Shown piece by piece: positions 27,039 to 39,600 of a stretch of DNA of 64,000 nucleotides (position 1 is its first letter; each line of letters starts with the position of its first letter). The translations under genes were made by a program, and so were the position numbers. The stretch lies in assembly GCA_000433315.1 (NCBI GenBank), contig FR893362.1:3941-67940 (forward strand), read 5' to 3'. The notes beneath the pieces are model-generated. The model was given only the letters and a program-made list of their open reading frames with translations, was not told the DNA's origin and ran no database searches. Source of the DNA: Firmicutes bacterium CAG:345. GTDB lineage: Bacteria; Bacillota_I; Bacilli_A; RFN20; CAG-288.

Positions 27039-28139
27039 CTACTTTCTAGCCTTTGGATCCATGGCATCACGCAAGCCATCACCAATAAAGTTAAATCCAA
27101 GAACAGCTAATGCAATAAGCAAACCAGCTGGCAACCATACAAATACATAGTTATTTAATACAACTGGGTCATTTGATAAAGAAATCATAGTACCCCAAGC
27201 AGCATAAGGAACTTGAACACCTAAGCCTAAGTAACTCAATGTTGATTCATAAAGAATAACACTACCTAAACCTAATGTCATTGAAACAATAAGCTGAGGC
27301 ATAACATTTGGAATCAAATGCTTAAATATTTTTCTCCATGTAGGTAAACCCATAACTTCTGTAGCAGTTATATATTCTTGTTCACGAAGACTTAAAATTT
27401 GACCACGAACCATACGAGCTGTTCCAGACCAACCAAAGATAGTAATAATTACCATCAACCAATAAATTCTTAAACTTCCTGGAACTCCATTTGCATCAAG
27501 AATAGAGGAAGCAATAAGAAGAATAGGCATTGTAGGAAGACAGTTAAATACATCGACTATACGCATGATTATTTGATCAACCCATTTGCCAAAGTAACCA
27601 GAAATTCCACCGATTATCGTTCCTAAAACAGTTTCCAAAATAACAACGATAAAACCGATTGCTAAAGAGATTCTACCACCATACATCAATCTGGCAAATA
27701 CATCCATTCCTTTATCATCTGTTCCAAGTAAATGTGTCCAGCTTGGAGAAGCAAAGGAATTTATGCTCTTATAATAAGGAACTACTTCTTTAATTGTTAC
27801 TTCTTTACCATCTGGAGTAACAAAAGTAACAAGTCTCTCAGTAAAAGCTAAAATTTGAGTTCTATCTACTTCTGTTTCTCCCCACGCACGATAGATAACA
27901 GGGCCAAGGAAAGAGAATAAGAAGAGAAATACAATAATTACAATACCAACTATAGATAATTTAGAACGGAAGAAACGTCTCATGACCAAACGAATTGGAG
28001 ACATTTCCTTATAATTGGCGAACATATCTTCTTGACTAGATTCGCCATTATTTTGATTGTCCCCATTTTGTTCTTCAGAGGTTTTAAAAATTTCTTCTTG
28101 TTCGTTTTCTAATTTTTTTTCTATTTCCATAATAATCAC
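27039..28139 (-). CDS. oppC: oligopeptide ABC transporter permease (OppC-like)
   Basis: Polytopic protein of the binding-protein-dependent transport family with an EAA-like loop, positioned between oppB and oppD. Confidence 0.8.
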   Translation of the reverse strand: MIIMEIEKKLENEQEEIFKTSEEQNGDNQNNGESSQEDMFANYKEMSPIRLVMRRFFRSKLSIVGIVIIVFLFLFSFLGPVIYRAWGETEVDRTQILAFTERLVTFVTPDGKEVTIKEVVPYYKSINSFASPSWTHLLGTDDKGMDVFARLMYGGRISLAIGFIVVILETVLGTIIGGISGYFGKWVDQIIMRIVDVFNCLPTMPILLIASSILDANGVPGSLRIYWLMVIITIFGWSGTARMVRGQILSLREQEYITATEVMGLPTWRKIFKHLIPNVMPQLIVSMTLGLGSVILYESTLSYLGLGVQVPYAAWGTMISLSNDPVVLNNYVFVWLPAGLLIALAVLGFNFIGDGLRDAMDPKARK

Positions 28140-29143
28140 CTGCTTAAACGAACACGTGGATCAACCACGGAATACATAATATCTGAGAACAAAGTTCCAA
28201 GGACAGATAAAATAGCTAAGAACATGTTGTATCCCATAACAAATGGAATATCAGCCTGTGTTGTAGCTTTATATGCAAGGTTACCAATACCATTGATACC
28301 GAATACTTGTTCAGTAATCATCATACCACCAAATAATGATGGTAAGATTCCTGCGAGGAGTGTAACAAGTGGAATAAGTGTATTTCTAAAAGCATGTTTA
28401 TAGATAACTCTTTTTTCACTTAAACCCTTAGCACGAGCTGTTCTAATGTAATCAGCACTTAATACTTCCAAAGTGTTTGTTCTTGTATAACGCATCAAAC
28501 CACCAATGGAAAGAAGAACAGATACAAAGATTGGCAAAACTAAGTGCCATGCCATCGAACCAAGTTTTTGGAAAAAGCCTCCGATAGTATTTGGGAAGGT
28601 TGCTGAAGCATCGATAAGTCCACTAGCTGGGAACCATCCTAAATCAACAGCGAATACTTTGATAACAATTGCACCAAAGAAATATGTTGGAAGGGATATG
28701 CCTAACATCGTTAATACAGTAACTGTATAGTCGCGGACTGAATATTGGTGAGTAGCACTGGAAACACCAAGAGGAATTGCAATTAAGAATTGGAAAATTG
28801 TTGCAATCAAAGCTATGCTGAAAGATACCCACATATTTTCAGAAATGACTTGGGCGACAGGTTTACGATAAATGAAGGAAACACCTAAATTTCCACGTAA
28901 CATATTGCCTAACCAGCCAATATATCCTTTGCATATTCCTAAAAATGAATTGTCATCCAATCCATATAATTTCAAATAAATATCAATACTCTCTTGAGAT
29001 ACAGCTCCTGACATCAATTGCGATGAGAATTTTTGCATAATATAGTTGTTAGGAATTAAACGAACCATAAAATAAATAATTACAGAAACGCCAAGAAGTA
29101 CTACTAAAGATATCAATATACGCTTAACTATATATTTAAACAT
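28136..29143 (-). CDS. oppB: oligopeptide ABC transporter permease (OppB-like)
   Basis: Six-transmembrane ABC permease. The EAA-like loop reads YIRTARAKGLSEKRVIYKHAFRN. Confidence 0.8.
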   Translation of the reverse strand: MFKYIVKRILISLVVLLGVSVIIYFMVRLIPNNYIMQKFSSQLMSGAVSQESIDIYLKLYGLDDNSFLGICKGYIGWLGNMLRGNLGVSFIYRKPVAQVISENMWVSFSIALIATIFQFLIAIPLGVSSATHQYSVRDYTVTVLTMLGISLPTYFFGAIVIKVFAVDLGWFPASGLIDASATFPNTIGGFFQKLGSMAWHLVLPIFVSVLLSIGGLMRYTRTNTLEVLSADYIRTARAKGLSEKRVIYKHAFRNTLIPLVTLLAGILPSLFGGMMITEQVFGINGIGNLAYKATTQADIPFVMGYNMFLAILSVLGTLFSDIMYSVVDPRVRLSR

Positions 29144-29147
29144 AATA

Positions 29148-29173
29148 CCACCAAAAGCAAGGCGATTTCTCGC
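29148..29173 (-). promoter_or_regulatory. GC-rich 11-bp stem-loop between oppA and oppB, a likely intra-operon attenuator or partial terminator
   Basis: aagcaaggcga-tttc-tcgccttgctt is a perfect 11-bp stem in an otherwise AT-rich genome. Confidence 0.5.
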
Positions 29174-29185
29174 CTTGCTTAATTA

Positions 29186-31780
29186 TTATTTTCTATTAGA
29201 GAAATCGTTGTTGTTGCCAACGTAACCAACTTCCCAAATTTTACTTAATAAGCCATTATATGAAGAACGATCACTTTCTTTTGTAAATGTGCTTTCATCA
29301 AGTTTATTCTTATTGTAAGCGAATAAATCATCTCTTTGATATGTTGGAAGTTCAACAGCCAAATCCATAACTAAGTCTAAACATTCAGAATAAATAGATT
29401 TACGTGTATTTTCATTTAATGTTTTACGAGCAGCATCAATTTTTGGAGATAACTCATTTTTAATAAGATTTTCTTCAAAGTCATACTTACCACCAGCATT
29501 TTTTCTAATAGCATTATAACCCCAGTTCAATGTTGAAGTTGCTTTTGAATCCCAGTGATAAACTTGATACATATCTGGATCAATTGTACTACCCCAAGCA
29601 GCTGCCCAAACAGTCAAAGCACCGATTGATAATTTACTTAAAGCATTGGAGTCATTTGTAACTGTAATCTTAAATCCATGTTCATTTAAAATTTCAGAAG
29701 CATGGAGCAAAGCATTATATGCAGGGTGATCAGTTTCTGCACCAGCAATAGTGAATGTATATTCAAGCTTATCGCCATTTAATTGATAAATACCATCTCC
29801 ACCTTTTGTATATCCAGCATCGATAACTAAATCTTCTGATATCTTACCAGTGCTATCATAATCATAATATAATCCAGCTTCTTTTGGATAAGCCCAAGAA
29901 GAACGGGACATAGAACGATAAACAGGAGAAGCAGAGTCACCATAATATGTTACAGTTTCTTGAATATCAATAGCATGCATAATAGCACGACGAACGTTGA
30001 CACTAGGAACTTTAGCAGCATTGATACCAATATAACCATAACCAGCAGTTTCAATAGAAGTGCTGCCAATTCCTTGAGAAGACAAATTATTTAATTGTCT
30101 AACAATTTCAGGTTTACAGTTAGGTTGAGTAAAGTCAACTGCACCAGTTGTCAAAACGTCGACCATACGTGATGTAGGGACAATTTGATAACGAAGATAT
30201 TTGATAAGTGGTTTTCCTAAAAGGAATTTATCATTTCTTTCATAGTAGATAACGTTATTGTTGCGGAAACTACCAGATGTAACATTTTCAGTTCCACCAT
30301 TGCTATTAGCAGCAACATATGGACCAGCACCAACTGGAACGCCAACTTTATCAGGACTATTTACAACGTTTTCATAGAATTCTGAATTACCATATTCAAC
30401 ACCGAAATTAGATTCATAGTCAAAAGCTTTGATATGTTCAGCATCAGAATAATAATACATTGGAGCAACACCGAAGGAGAAGTTCCAAATAGCTTTAGGG
30501 TCAACATTATTAATAGTGATGGACAAAACTTCATTATAGTCTTTATTGACAGAACCATCAGCATTATAATGTGTTCCACAAGCTTCATAAGTTTTGCCAT
30601 TTACTGTAACAGCTTCATCCTTATTGACAAATTTAATACCAGAAATATTAGGGAATTGACGTTTTCCAGAGTTCTTTAAGTCTTCGAAGTATTTAGATTT
30701 TGCTTGATTGACTAAATAAGTATCTAAATCAGAACCAGCAGACCAATAATCAATAACTTCAGAAACACCAGTTGGATCACTCATTTTATGATTATAAACA
30801 GCGTTGATTGCTTGTTCAGAAGTCCAAGAGCGAACTTCTTTATAATCACTGGCTAAATCACATGTAAACGAACCTTGACCTTTTTTATTGAATTGAATAT
30901 AACCTTCACTATATAAGAAAGCTTCAACATCTGTAGTGAAAACATTCTTTAATGTGCCACCATCTTCGTTTTTAAAACTATAATCTGTAGCTGAACCTTT
31001 AGCATTAGTAAAGTCAGTTTCAAGCATTTCCTTAAATAAAGATAAAAGTTTTTGGAAATCTTCAGCAACATGTTCATAAACACCAGAAGAAGACTTGCTA
31101 GCAAGGTATGAATAAATTTGATCAGAAGTTAAAGATTCATCATGTTCATCATCAATTTCCTGAAGAGCTGCTTTTAAATCATCAATACGAGCAGTAGCTT
31201 CGATTTGGAATTGTGATTCGAATCTATCTTGTTCATCCTTTCCTTCCTTACCTGTACGATATTCACTAAGACCAACAATGTCTGTGGAATAAATTGTACT
31301 TGAACCACTATAAACTGGATCAAGGTAAGTATAAAGATTGAATAAAACATCCTTCATTGTTAATGGTGAACCATTTGAGAAAAGAATATCGTTTTTTAAG
31401 ACAAAATAATAGGTTGTCTTTAAATCAACATCTTCTACACCATTATTGCTCTCTTGAGCATAATCTAAAACAACTGTGGCTTCATTTTCACCATAGGCAA
31501 TATTACCTTGTTTATCATTGGTGAGCATACCTATCTGTGTTAAGCTAATAACATTAGAGTCGGCAGTATTTGTTGAGTAAAATGGGTTAAAAACACCATC
31601 TACTTCAGCAGATGACATAACAAAAGGTGTTGTATCATTATTATAATTAGTTGTACTTCCAGAACTGTTAGATGAATTTGAAGAATTGGAAGTGTTAGAA
31701 TTTGAACAACCTGTTAAAACTAATGATGATAAAAATAAAGCAGATAATAAATAATTCTTTTTCATTTTTTCTCCTTTCAA
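29186..31780 (-). CDS. oppA: large oligopeptide-binding lipoprotein (OppA, solute-binding family 5, Mollicutes-like size of 864 aa)
   Basis: Lipobox LVLTGC, a Ser/Asn-rich linker, and family-5 substrate-binding-like sequence. It sits immediately upstream of oppBCDF. Confidence 0.7.
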   Translation of the reverse strand: MKGEKMKKNYLLSALFLSSLVLTGCSNSNTSNSSNSSNSSGSTTNYNNDTTPFVMSSAEVDGVFNPFYSTNTADSNVISLTQIGMLTNDKQGNIAYGENEATVVLDYAQESNNGVEDVDLKTTYYFVLKNDILFSNGSPLTMKDVLFNLYTYLDPVYSGSSTIYSTDIVGLSEYRTGKEGKDEQDRFESQFQIEATARIDDLKAALQEIDDEHDESLTSDQIYSYLASKSSSGVYEHVAEDFQKLLSLFKEMLETDFTNAKGSATDYSFKNEDGGTLKNVFTTDVEAFLYSEGYIQFNKKGQGSFTCDLASDYKEVRSWTSEQAINAVYNHKMSDPTGVSEVIDYWSAGSDLDTYLVNQAKSKYFEDLKNSGKRQFPNISGIKFVNKDEAVTVNGKTYEACGTHYNADGSVNKDYNEVLSITINNVDPKAIWNFSFGVAPMYYYSDAEHIKAFDYESNFGVEYGNSEFYENVVNSPDKVGVPVGAGPYVAANSNGGTENVTSGSFRNNNVIYYERNDKFLLGKPLIKYLRYQIVPTSRMVDVLTTGAVDFTQPNCKPEIVRQLNNLSSQGIGSTSIETAGYGYIGINAAKVPSVNVRRAIMHAIDIQETVTYYGDSASPVYRSMSRSSWAYPKEAGLYYDYDSTGKISEDLVIDAGYTKGGDGIYQLNGDKLEYTFTIAGAETDHPAYNALLHASEILNEHGFKITVTNDSNALSKLSIGALTVWAAAWGSTIDPDMYQVYHWDSKATSTLNWGYNAIRKNAGGKYDFEENLIKNELSPKIDAARKTLNENTRKSIYSECLDLVMDLAVELPTYQRDDLFAYNKNKLDESTFTKESDRSSYNGLLSKIWEVGYVGNNNDFSNRK

Positions 31781-31785
31781 AATTA

Positions 31786-32973
31786 TTAATATAATGTTTT
31801 TTCTAAAGTGATTTGATATAAAGAAACGGCTTCTGTAGTAACTCTCAAATCATTCATAGTTGTTTGAGTAATACTGAAATTTGTTACTGTAGAATTACCA
31901 TCTTCATCTTCGAAAATAGCCTTGCTTAAATCGTATTCTAATGGACGATTTGTCCTGCTAGAGATATTGACGGTGTAATTAGAAACAGCAACATTATTTA
32001 TTATAGCACCTTTTGCACGTCCAGCCAAAGAACTAATATAAACATTTTGTGTACGAGTATTTTGTGTTTCAACATCGACTGAGAAGTTGTCAAATGTAAC
32101 ATCTTTAACAGTGGCTTCATTTAAATATGGGAATATTGCAATATATAAATCACCTTGAGTTTGTTTATTATATTGTAATTTGAAATTTCTAATTGTGTGG
32201 CCGTTGCCATTGAATTCTCCACGATAATTATTGAATAATGGGAAATTCTCGCCATTAAAATCGATATCATTATAAAGTAAGACATTGGCAGAACCACTTA
32301 CTTTTCTTAAATCGGAAATAGTGCGAACAACCGTATAATCACCTTCATAGAATTTAGCATAAACATTAACTACTGGAGATTCCTTATCTCCAGGATGTTT
32401 AAACTTAGAATCCCATAAAGTTGTTAATTCTTCATCGCTATAAAAATCTAAGAATGTGTATCCTTCAAGAGATTTAGTATAATTTCTATAATCCTCGAAT
32501 TCCGCTCCTTTTTCAGTATCATAGACACCTAATGATTTAACTTCTCCAGAAACAGGATCAGTATAGCAAACATTGTATTGGAATTTGACATCTTCAGTCC
32601 AACAAGCATAAAGTGTTAAACCTTCAATACCAACTTTTTCAGTTTCGAAATCAAATGGATCTGAATATGTATAACTAGGATTATCTTCAGTACTTGTTGA
32701 ATCAAGAGTTCTAGTTTTATACCAACCTGTTAAAACATATCCTAATTTTCCGACAGTGCCTGCTTGATAAGGATCGAAAAGATAAGTTCTATCCTCTTTA
32801 CTTTCTAATTCATATTTATACTTAATGTATTCAGTATCTTTTTCATTGCACTGGCCACCATTTAAATAGAAATAAACTTCTGTTTCAATAGAGCCGTTAT
32901 TATTTGAATTACAAGAAACTAATCCAATTGAAGCGATTAACAAAGATAATAATAAAAACTTACTTCTTTTCAT
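31786..32973 (-). CDS. lipoprotein with a Flg_new (Listeria-Bacteroides repeat) domain
   Basis: Lipobox LVSCN and the LTGWY repeat signature. 395 aa. Confidence 0.55.
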   Translation of the reverse strand: MKRSKFLLLSLLIASIGLVSCNSNNNGSIETEVYFYLNGGQCNEKDTEYIKYKYELESKEDRTYLFDPYQAGTVGKLGYVLTGWYKTRTLDSTSTEDNPSYTYSDPFDFETEKVGIEGLTLYACWTEDVKFQYNVCYTDPVSGEVKSLGVYDTEKGAEFEDYRNYTKSLEGYTFLDFYSDEELTTLWDSKFKHPGDKESPVVNVYAKFYEGDYTVVRTISDLRKVSGSANVLLYNDIDFNGENFPLFNNYRGEFNGNGHTIRNFKLQYNKQTQGDLYIAIFPYLNEATVKDVTFDNFSVDVETQNTRTQNVYISSLAGRAKGAIINNVAVSNYTVNISSRTNRPLEYDLSKAIFEDEDGNSTVTNFSITQTTMNDLRVTTEAVSLYQITLEKTLY

Positions 32974-32984
32974 TTTTCGCCTCC

Positions 32985-33662
32985 TTAATTTGCAGAATAA
33001 TCAATAACTATATTATCGTAAGAAAAGTTATAAACTGCTTTAGCTTCTAAAGATAAATTATCTCCAAAATCAATATAAGAAAAAGTAAATGAAGTAAAAT
33101 GATCATTTTCAACTTTCAATTCAAATGCAAAATCTTTAACATTAGTAAAAGAACTTTCATTAAAGAAATTAGATAAAGAATCCTGTTTAACGTTTCCTTT
33201 AAATCCATCTGAAGTTTCAGTAACATTTTCAAGATATTTATCTTCAAAAGTGAAACTTAAGAATTGCTCAGGAATAACATAACTTTTTTCAGTAGTAATT
33301 CCATAGTTATCAGTATAGTATTGTGTTTCACCAATTGTTACATAAGAAGTATTTTCAATATTGTACTTATTAGGATAAGCAATACTGAAGTTAGGATTTA
33401 ATCTACTGGTTGAAGTTGAAAGACTTGTCCTGATTGAATCACCTCTTTGAATTTTGAATTCATTAGAAGTTTCATAAACTATATCATCACCATCTATCAA
33501 TTTGTAATTGCTAGAGTAAGATGTGAAATTATCAGAAGTATTAATATAAATTTGTTCGAGTTTAGAATGTGGAACATTTGAAGAAGAGCTATTGTTATTA
33601 TTGCAGCTAACTAACGAAATTGCCACTAAAGGGAGAAGGGCAACAATTAAAGATTTTCTCAT
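32985..33662 (-). CDS. hypothetical lipoprotein (225 aa)
   Basis: Signal peptide plus lipobox LVSCN. It overlaps the stop of the giant gene (ATGA). Confidence 0.5.
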   Translation of the reverse strand: MRKSLIVALLPLVAISLVSCNNNNSSSSNVPHSKLEQIYINTSDNFTSYSSNYKLIDGDDIVYETSNEFKIQRGDSIRTSLSTSTSRLNPNFSIAYPNKYNIENTSYVTIGETQYYTDNYGITTEKSYVIPEQFLSFTFEDKYLENVTETSDGFKGNVKQDSLSNFFNESSFTNVKDFAFELKVENDHFTSFTFSYIDFGDNLSLEAKAVYNFSYDNIVIDYSAN

Positions 33663-36600
33663 AATGCTGCACCTCCTTTCTTTTTAGTAACAATTAAGGC
33701 AACACCAGCTGCAGATACTAAAGCAACGATAGATGCAGTTACTGCAACTGCAACATTGCCAATTTTATTTACTGCTGCAGAATTTTCAATCTTGCTATTC
33801 AATGCATCAGTATAAGCTTTAAATTGAGCTTGGAAAGCATCTAATTTAGAAGTATCAAGATATTGACGATCTTCTTGATCGATCTTATTGACATTTCTTA
33901 ATATAGCAAGGTATTCATCAAGCTTAGATATACTGAACGAACCTAAATTATTGATATCATCTACCAAATAATCATAAGTCTTAGAAACTTGTTCACTCTT
34001 CAAATCATAATAAGTATTATAGGCATCTTCAAGTTTTAAAGCTAAATCAGTAACATCAGCAGATGAGTAGCCAAATTTTGTTAAATCTTGATTTAACGCA
34101 TTGTAATATGTACGACCATTTAATATAGCATCCTTATCTTTCAAAGTAATATTTTCAGGTAAAGAATTAACTGTATCAATATAATTCAAAGAATTTCTAT
34201 TCAATGTTTCACCAACTTCAGTTGTATTAACTTTATCGAAGTCGAAGTAAATAATATAAGGAATAGAAGAATATGTAGAAGCAACATAGTTAGATGGAAC
34301 AGCAACGCTCAATCTGCTAACAGTTCCAACATATCCAACAAATTGATTGTATCCAAGTTTAATATCACCATTGAAGTTAAGATATGCTGTCAAAATTTTA
34401 TAAATTTCAGAAGAGGTATCATAAGAAATACTGCTATTTAAAATTGTTGTAGTCAATTGTTCATCATAACTTAAAACTGGTAATTCATTTTGATTATCGA
34501 CAACATTCATTGCTTCAAGAGCAGGGGCATTAGTAGAACGGAAAGTAACTTTATTTAAATTGTTAGATCCGCTGAATGCACCGATTCCAATTTTAACTAA
34601 AGCATTAGATAATGTCACTCTTGTAAGATTTCTGACATTGCTTACAGCATACATTTGAATGTATGTTGCATCATCTTTCATAACAAAATCAACATCAGTC
34701 TTACTAGATGGATAACAGTTAAGAGCATACTTACCATTATTCATCTTAACATATAAAACGCCATTATCAATTAAGCAATAATCATTGACTTCACTTGTAA
34801 TCATGCCAAAGTTTGTGAAAGATGCTAATTTTACATTATTATAGAAGGCTGTTTCTCCTATATAAGAAATAGTACTTGGAATATCAACTGTTGTAATATC
34901 AAGTCCAGAGAAAGCTTGTTTTCCAATGTAATTAACGTTTGGCATATCAATTGTTTTAACTGCAGAAGCAGCTAAGAAAGCAAAATCACCAATTGTTTTA
35001 GCAGAAGATAAACTCAAAGAAGTTAATCCTTTAGCGGCATAGAAAGCACCTTTGCCGAAAGTTTCAACTTTACTTAAATTAATTGAAGAAAGTTTTGTAG
35101 TATTCTTAAATGCTTCGCTGCCAATATTTGTAATATTAGTAGCATTGACTGTAACAAGACTTGAATCGCCACTGAAAGCAGAATCGCCAATACTAGTTAC
35201 TTTTTCGCCTAAGCTAACTGTTGTTAAAGAAGTACAATTAGCAAAGCAAGATGTTGGTAATGAAGATAAAATACTAGATAAATTAGTTACTGTTCTTAAA
35301 CGTGCGCAATTTTCAAAAGCAGAATCACCAACATATGAAACATTGCTTGGAATTGTAATTTCGTTCATTCTAGAACCATAGAAAGCTTGACTACCGATAG
35401 ATGTTAATTTATTGCCAAGAGTAACTCTCATATTAGAATTAGAAATAGAAGCAAAGGCATTATCGCCAATTTCCTCAACATTTTCCAAATCTATTGTTGT
35501 CAATGAGTAATCGCCACTAAAAGCACCATTGCCAACACGACCAGCAAGGAATTTAAAATTGAACGAAGATAAACTTGTACATCCAGCAAAAGAATTATCA
35601 CCAACTACAACATTGCCACTTCCAACAAAACTTACTTTTGTTAAAGATGTAAGATTTCTAAAAGCATCAGTTCCTAAAGTAACATCTTGTCCAATAGTAA
35701 GAGAAACTAAGCGTGTACCTGCTAAAACATCAGCACCAACTTTAACCCCATTAGGAAGTACAAAGTCAGTAATTGATGTTCCACTAAATGCATTATCACC
35801 AATTTCTTTTAAAGTAGTAGGAAGTACAATTTCAGAAATAGAAGTATTTTTGAAAGCATTTTTCCCAATAGTTAATAATCCTTCTGGAAGTTTAACACTA
35901 GTTAAATCAGCAACTTTTTCAAAAGCATTATTTCCAATTGTTTTTAAAGTAAGAACGTTGCTTAAATCAATTGAAGTTAAACCTTTAATTGCACTGAAAG
36001 CACCAGAAGAAATTGTTTCAAGTCCTGGGAATTCAGTAGCAAAATCAAACGAAGTTATATTGCTATTTGGAGCAACTAAATAAATAGTTTTTCCATCAGC
36101 ACTAACCAAAACATTATTTGATATATTGGTTTTATAATTGATATTATCAGTAGCTACTTCAAAAGATGATACAGTGTTTGGAACAACAGAAGTACCAATC
36201 TTTTCAATGAATGTCTTACTGGCTAAAACTAATTTATCCAAATTGGTGCAACCAGAAAATACATCATCTTCTAAAGTAATATTGCTAGATGGAAGAGTGA
36301 AAGTTGTTAAGCTTAAGCAATCAGCAAAAGCTTCATTATCAAAGTATTCCACACCGCCTTTAAATGTAACTGAACTTAATGAAGTATTATTTTTGAAGGC
36401 ATATTGGCCTACAAAGATTAAGTCATTTTCAACAGTGACTTTCTTTAAAGAAGTGCAATCTTCAAAGCAACCTTCTGGAATTCTATCAGTATAAATAGTG
36501 ACATCTTCTAGTCCAGATCCTTTGAACATATTTTTAGAAAGTTTGGTATATTCACCAGAAGTAAATGATTTTAAAGAAGTACAATTTTCAAATGCTCCTG

Positions 36601-39600
36601 TACCTGCATTTCTAAGTGTCGTTATGTCAACAGTTTTTAAAGAAGTACAATTTCTAAATGCATTTTCTGCAAGAGCATAAATGTTAGAAAGATCAGCTTC
36701 CTCTAAAGCAACACAACCATCAAAGGCAGCTTTATTAATTATAGAAACAGTTCCAATATTAGCTTTCTTTAAAGAAGTACATTTTTGGAAAGCATATTGA
36801 TTGATTGTTGTAATGTTTTGATTAGAAGTTGGAGTTGCATTTGGATTGACTTTAAATTCAACTTCTTGAAGATTCGAACAATTGTAGAATGCATATTTGC
36901 CAATTGTATTAACAGAATAAGGAATGATTACTTTTGTAATAAATTCATTGCCAGCAGGGATTTTATTAGCATCCCAATCGTCTTCATTGACAATAATCGA
37001 CATATCTGTTGTATAAGAAGCGAAAGCATAATCAGAAATTTCAGTCAAGTTAAGTCTTTCTGGAATCTCAACAACACCATTTTCATCGCCTATACCTTTA
37101 TAAGCAACTAATTTACCATTTTCAACAACAAATGGACTATTGACTACAATACGTTTACTAGCTAAGATGCTCGATTGTACGCCATCAATTGATACTCTCA
37201 ATGTTAAAGTAGCAGAGCCTTCTTTGAGAGCAACAACATGGCCATCTTGATCAACTGATAAAACGTTAGGATTAGATGTTGACCAAGTTAATTCATAGCC
37301 TTGTAAATTCCATGGAGTAATTTCATAGTGCATGTAGATTTTTTCACCTGGATACATAGATATAGCACCAGTATATGAAGAAACATAGTTTGAACTGCCT
37401 GTAGTTCCAATATTAGCAGTTTGTCCCCCACGAGGGAAAGCAAACTCTGTATCAAAATATGTAAATTGAATATCTTTTAAAGTTGTAGCAGCTTTTAAAA
37501 TCTTATTCGAATTACGAGTGACGATCAAACGCAATGTTGCTCTTGCAACATATCCATCTGTTGTAACAAAGCTAGCTGTAATAGTTGAAGTGCCAGCAGA
37601 TAAGCAATCTACTTGACCACCTTTAATAATAGCAACTGATTCATTGCTTGAAGACCAAGCAAGTGAAGACATATATTTTTGTTTTTCAGCTTCATTCAAA
37701 TTTTTAAAATTTTCAGAAGAAGAATTGATATATTGTGTTAAATCTATTGTTTCACCAACTTTTCCAGAAATTGATTGAAGAGCTAATCCTTCTGAATTAA
37801 CAAAGTTAATAGAGCCTTTAGAATCAATATCTGTACCTGGAAGATTGACAAAATAGTAATTGGAATTCATTGCATAGTCTTCAACCATGATACCTATACC
37901 ATTGGTTAAAGCTAAACCATTAGCACCTGAGCCATTTGCTAAGCTTGGCAAATAATCAGTGATTTCAAATCTTACAGAAGATGTAGTTCCTTTTTCTGTT
38001 CCATAAACTGGAATTGGAGTAGAAGAAAGATCAACTAAACTGCCAGCTTGTAAAATAAATGGACGAATATCCATAGCATAGTGATTATCATAAACTTCAA
38101 CAGTTAAATAATAGCGATAATCTCTTAAAGAGCGATCATATTCTGATTCATATTTAACATTTTTAATAATAGGAGCTTCATTATCAGCTGTAAATTTAAA
38201 TGAGAATGTATTATTTAAATTTGTATTGACGCCACCATCACCATAGTCTAATTTAGCTTCCATAGAAACTGTGTAAGTTGAATTATTCTTAAGACCTACT
38301 TCAGTAGCTAAGATATTCAATAAATCAGTAGAAGGATAGCCATTATATGCACGAATCTGATCATGATTTACATGATAATAAATCACTTCGCCTGTAGCAT
38401 CATCAGTAATTTTAGTAATTACTTCTTTACCACCTCTCATCAAACCGGCATAAATTGTTGTAATACCATTGATAGATGTAGAACTTGTACTAATTGCAGC
38501 ATGTTCCTCAGATGCTGGAATAGCGTCGTATCCACTAGGAATATCATAAACATAAGAACCTAATGGAATAATGTAGTTAGAGAAATATGTTCCATAAGGA
38601 GTTGTAGCATAATAATCAGCTTTAATTTTATCTTCATCATCTATTGCTTGATTATGAGCAGTAGATTCAACTTCATAGAAAGTCTTATCAAATATTGGAG
38701 CCTTTGTCCAATCGCCAAAGAAGCCAAGATATGGAGCATTTAAATCGATTTTAGCTTCGGTATTATCTTTGAGACAAGTGAAACCTTCGATATACATACC
38801 ATTAGGGAATAATTCCTTAATTGATCTTTTTTCTTCAGCAGAAAGAGTTAAAGTTTGTTCTATTGTTACAACACTATTAGCAGGAACTGTAACAACATCG
38901 CCTTCTAATGTACCAACATCAGAAAGAAGTTCTACTGATTGTGAAGGATTTAACATATTTGCGTGTTCAGCAACATATCTACTATCATAAGTCGAAACAG
39001 ATTCAGTCATTGTTTCATTGCTTATTGTATATGAAAGTGAGTCTGTAGAACTCATATTTACAATATTATATTTGAGTTTATAAACACCAGTTTCATTTGG
39101 ATCATCACCTATTTCAAGTTTACTTCTATCAGTGCCATCAACAGTGATATATCCTTGAGTGGTTGTAGCTTCCTTTAAACTGGCTAAACCAGCGCCTTGC
39201 TTACGAGGAGAATATGGGTTTCCATATTGATCCAAAGCAATAGTTGCAGTAGACATTAAAAGTTGCATTGATAAAGCATTGACTTCTGTTGGTTTAAATT
39301 CTGGGAATTTTTGTTTAACGTATTGACGAATTAAAACAATAGCACCACACATGTTAGGTGAAGCCATAGAAGTACCACTTAATGTATTGTATTTGTTTCC
39401 TGGGATAGCTGAAAGAATATTACCACCATGAGCAGTAATTTCTGGTTTTAATTTTAAATCAGGAGTTGGACCCCAGCTAGAGAAATTTGACATGAATGGT
39501 CCAGCTTGTTGTTCGCGGCTAAATGTTAAAGAACCACTAGATTTTTTAGCTAAAACTTCACCATCATCTTGGCTGATTGAACAGAAAGGAATAGCTAAAT

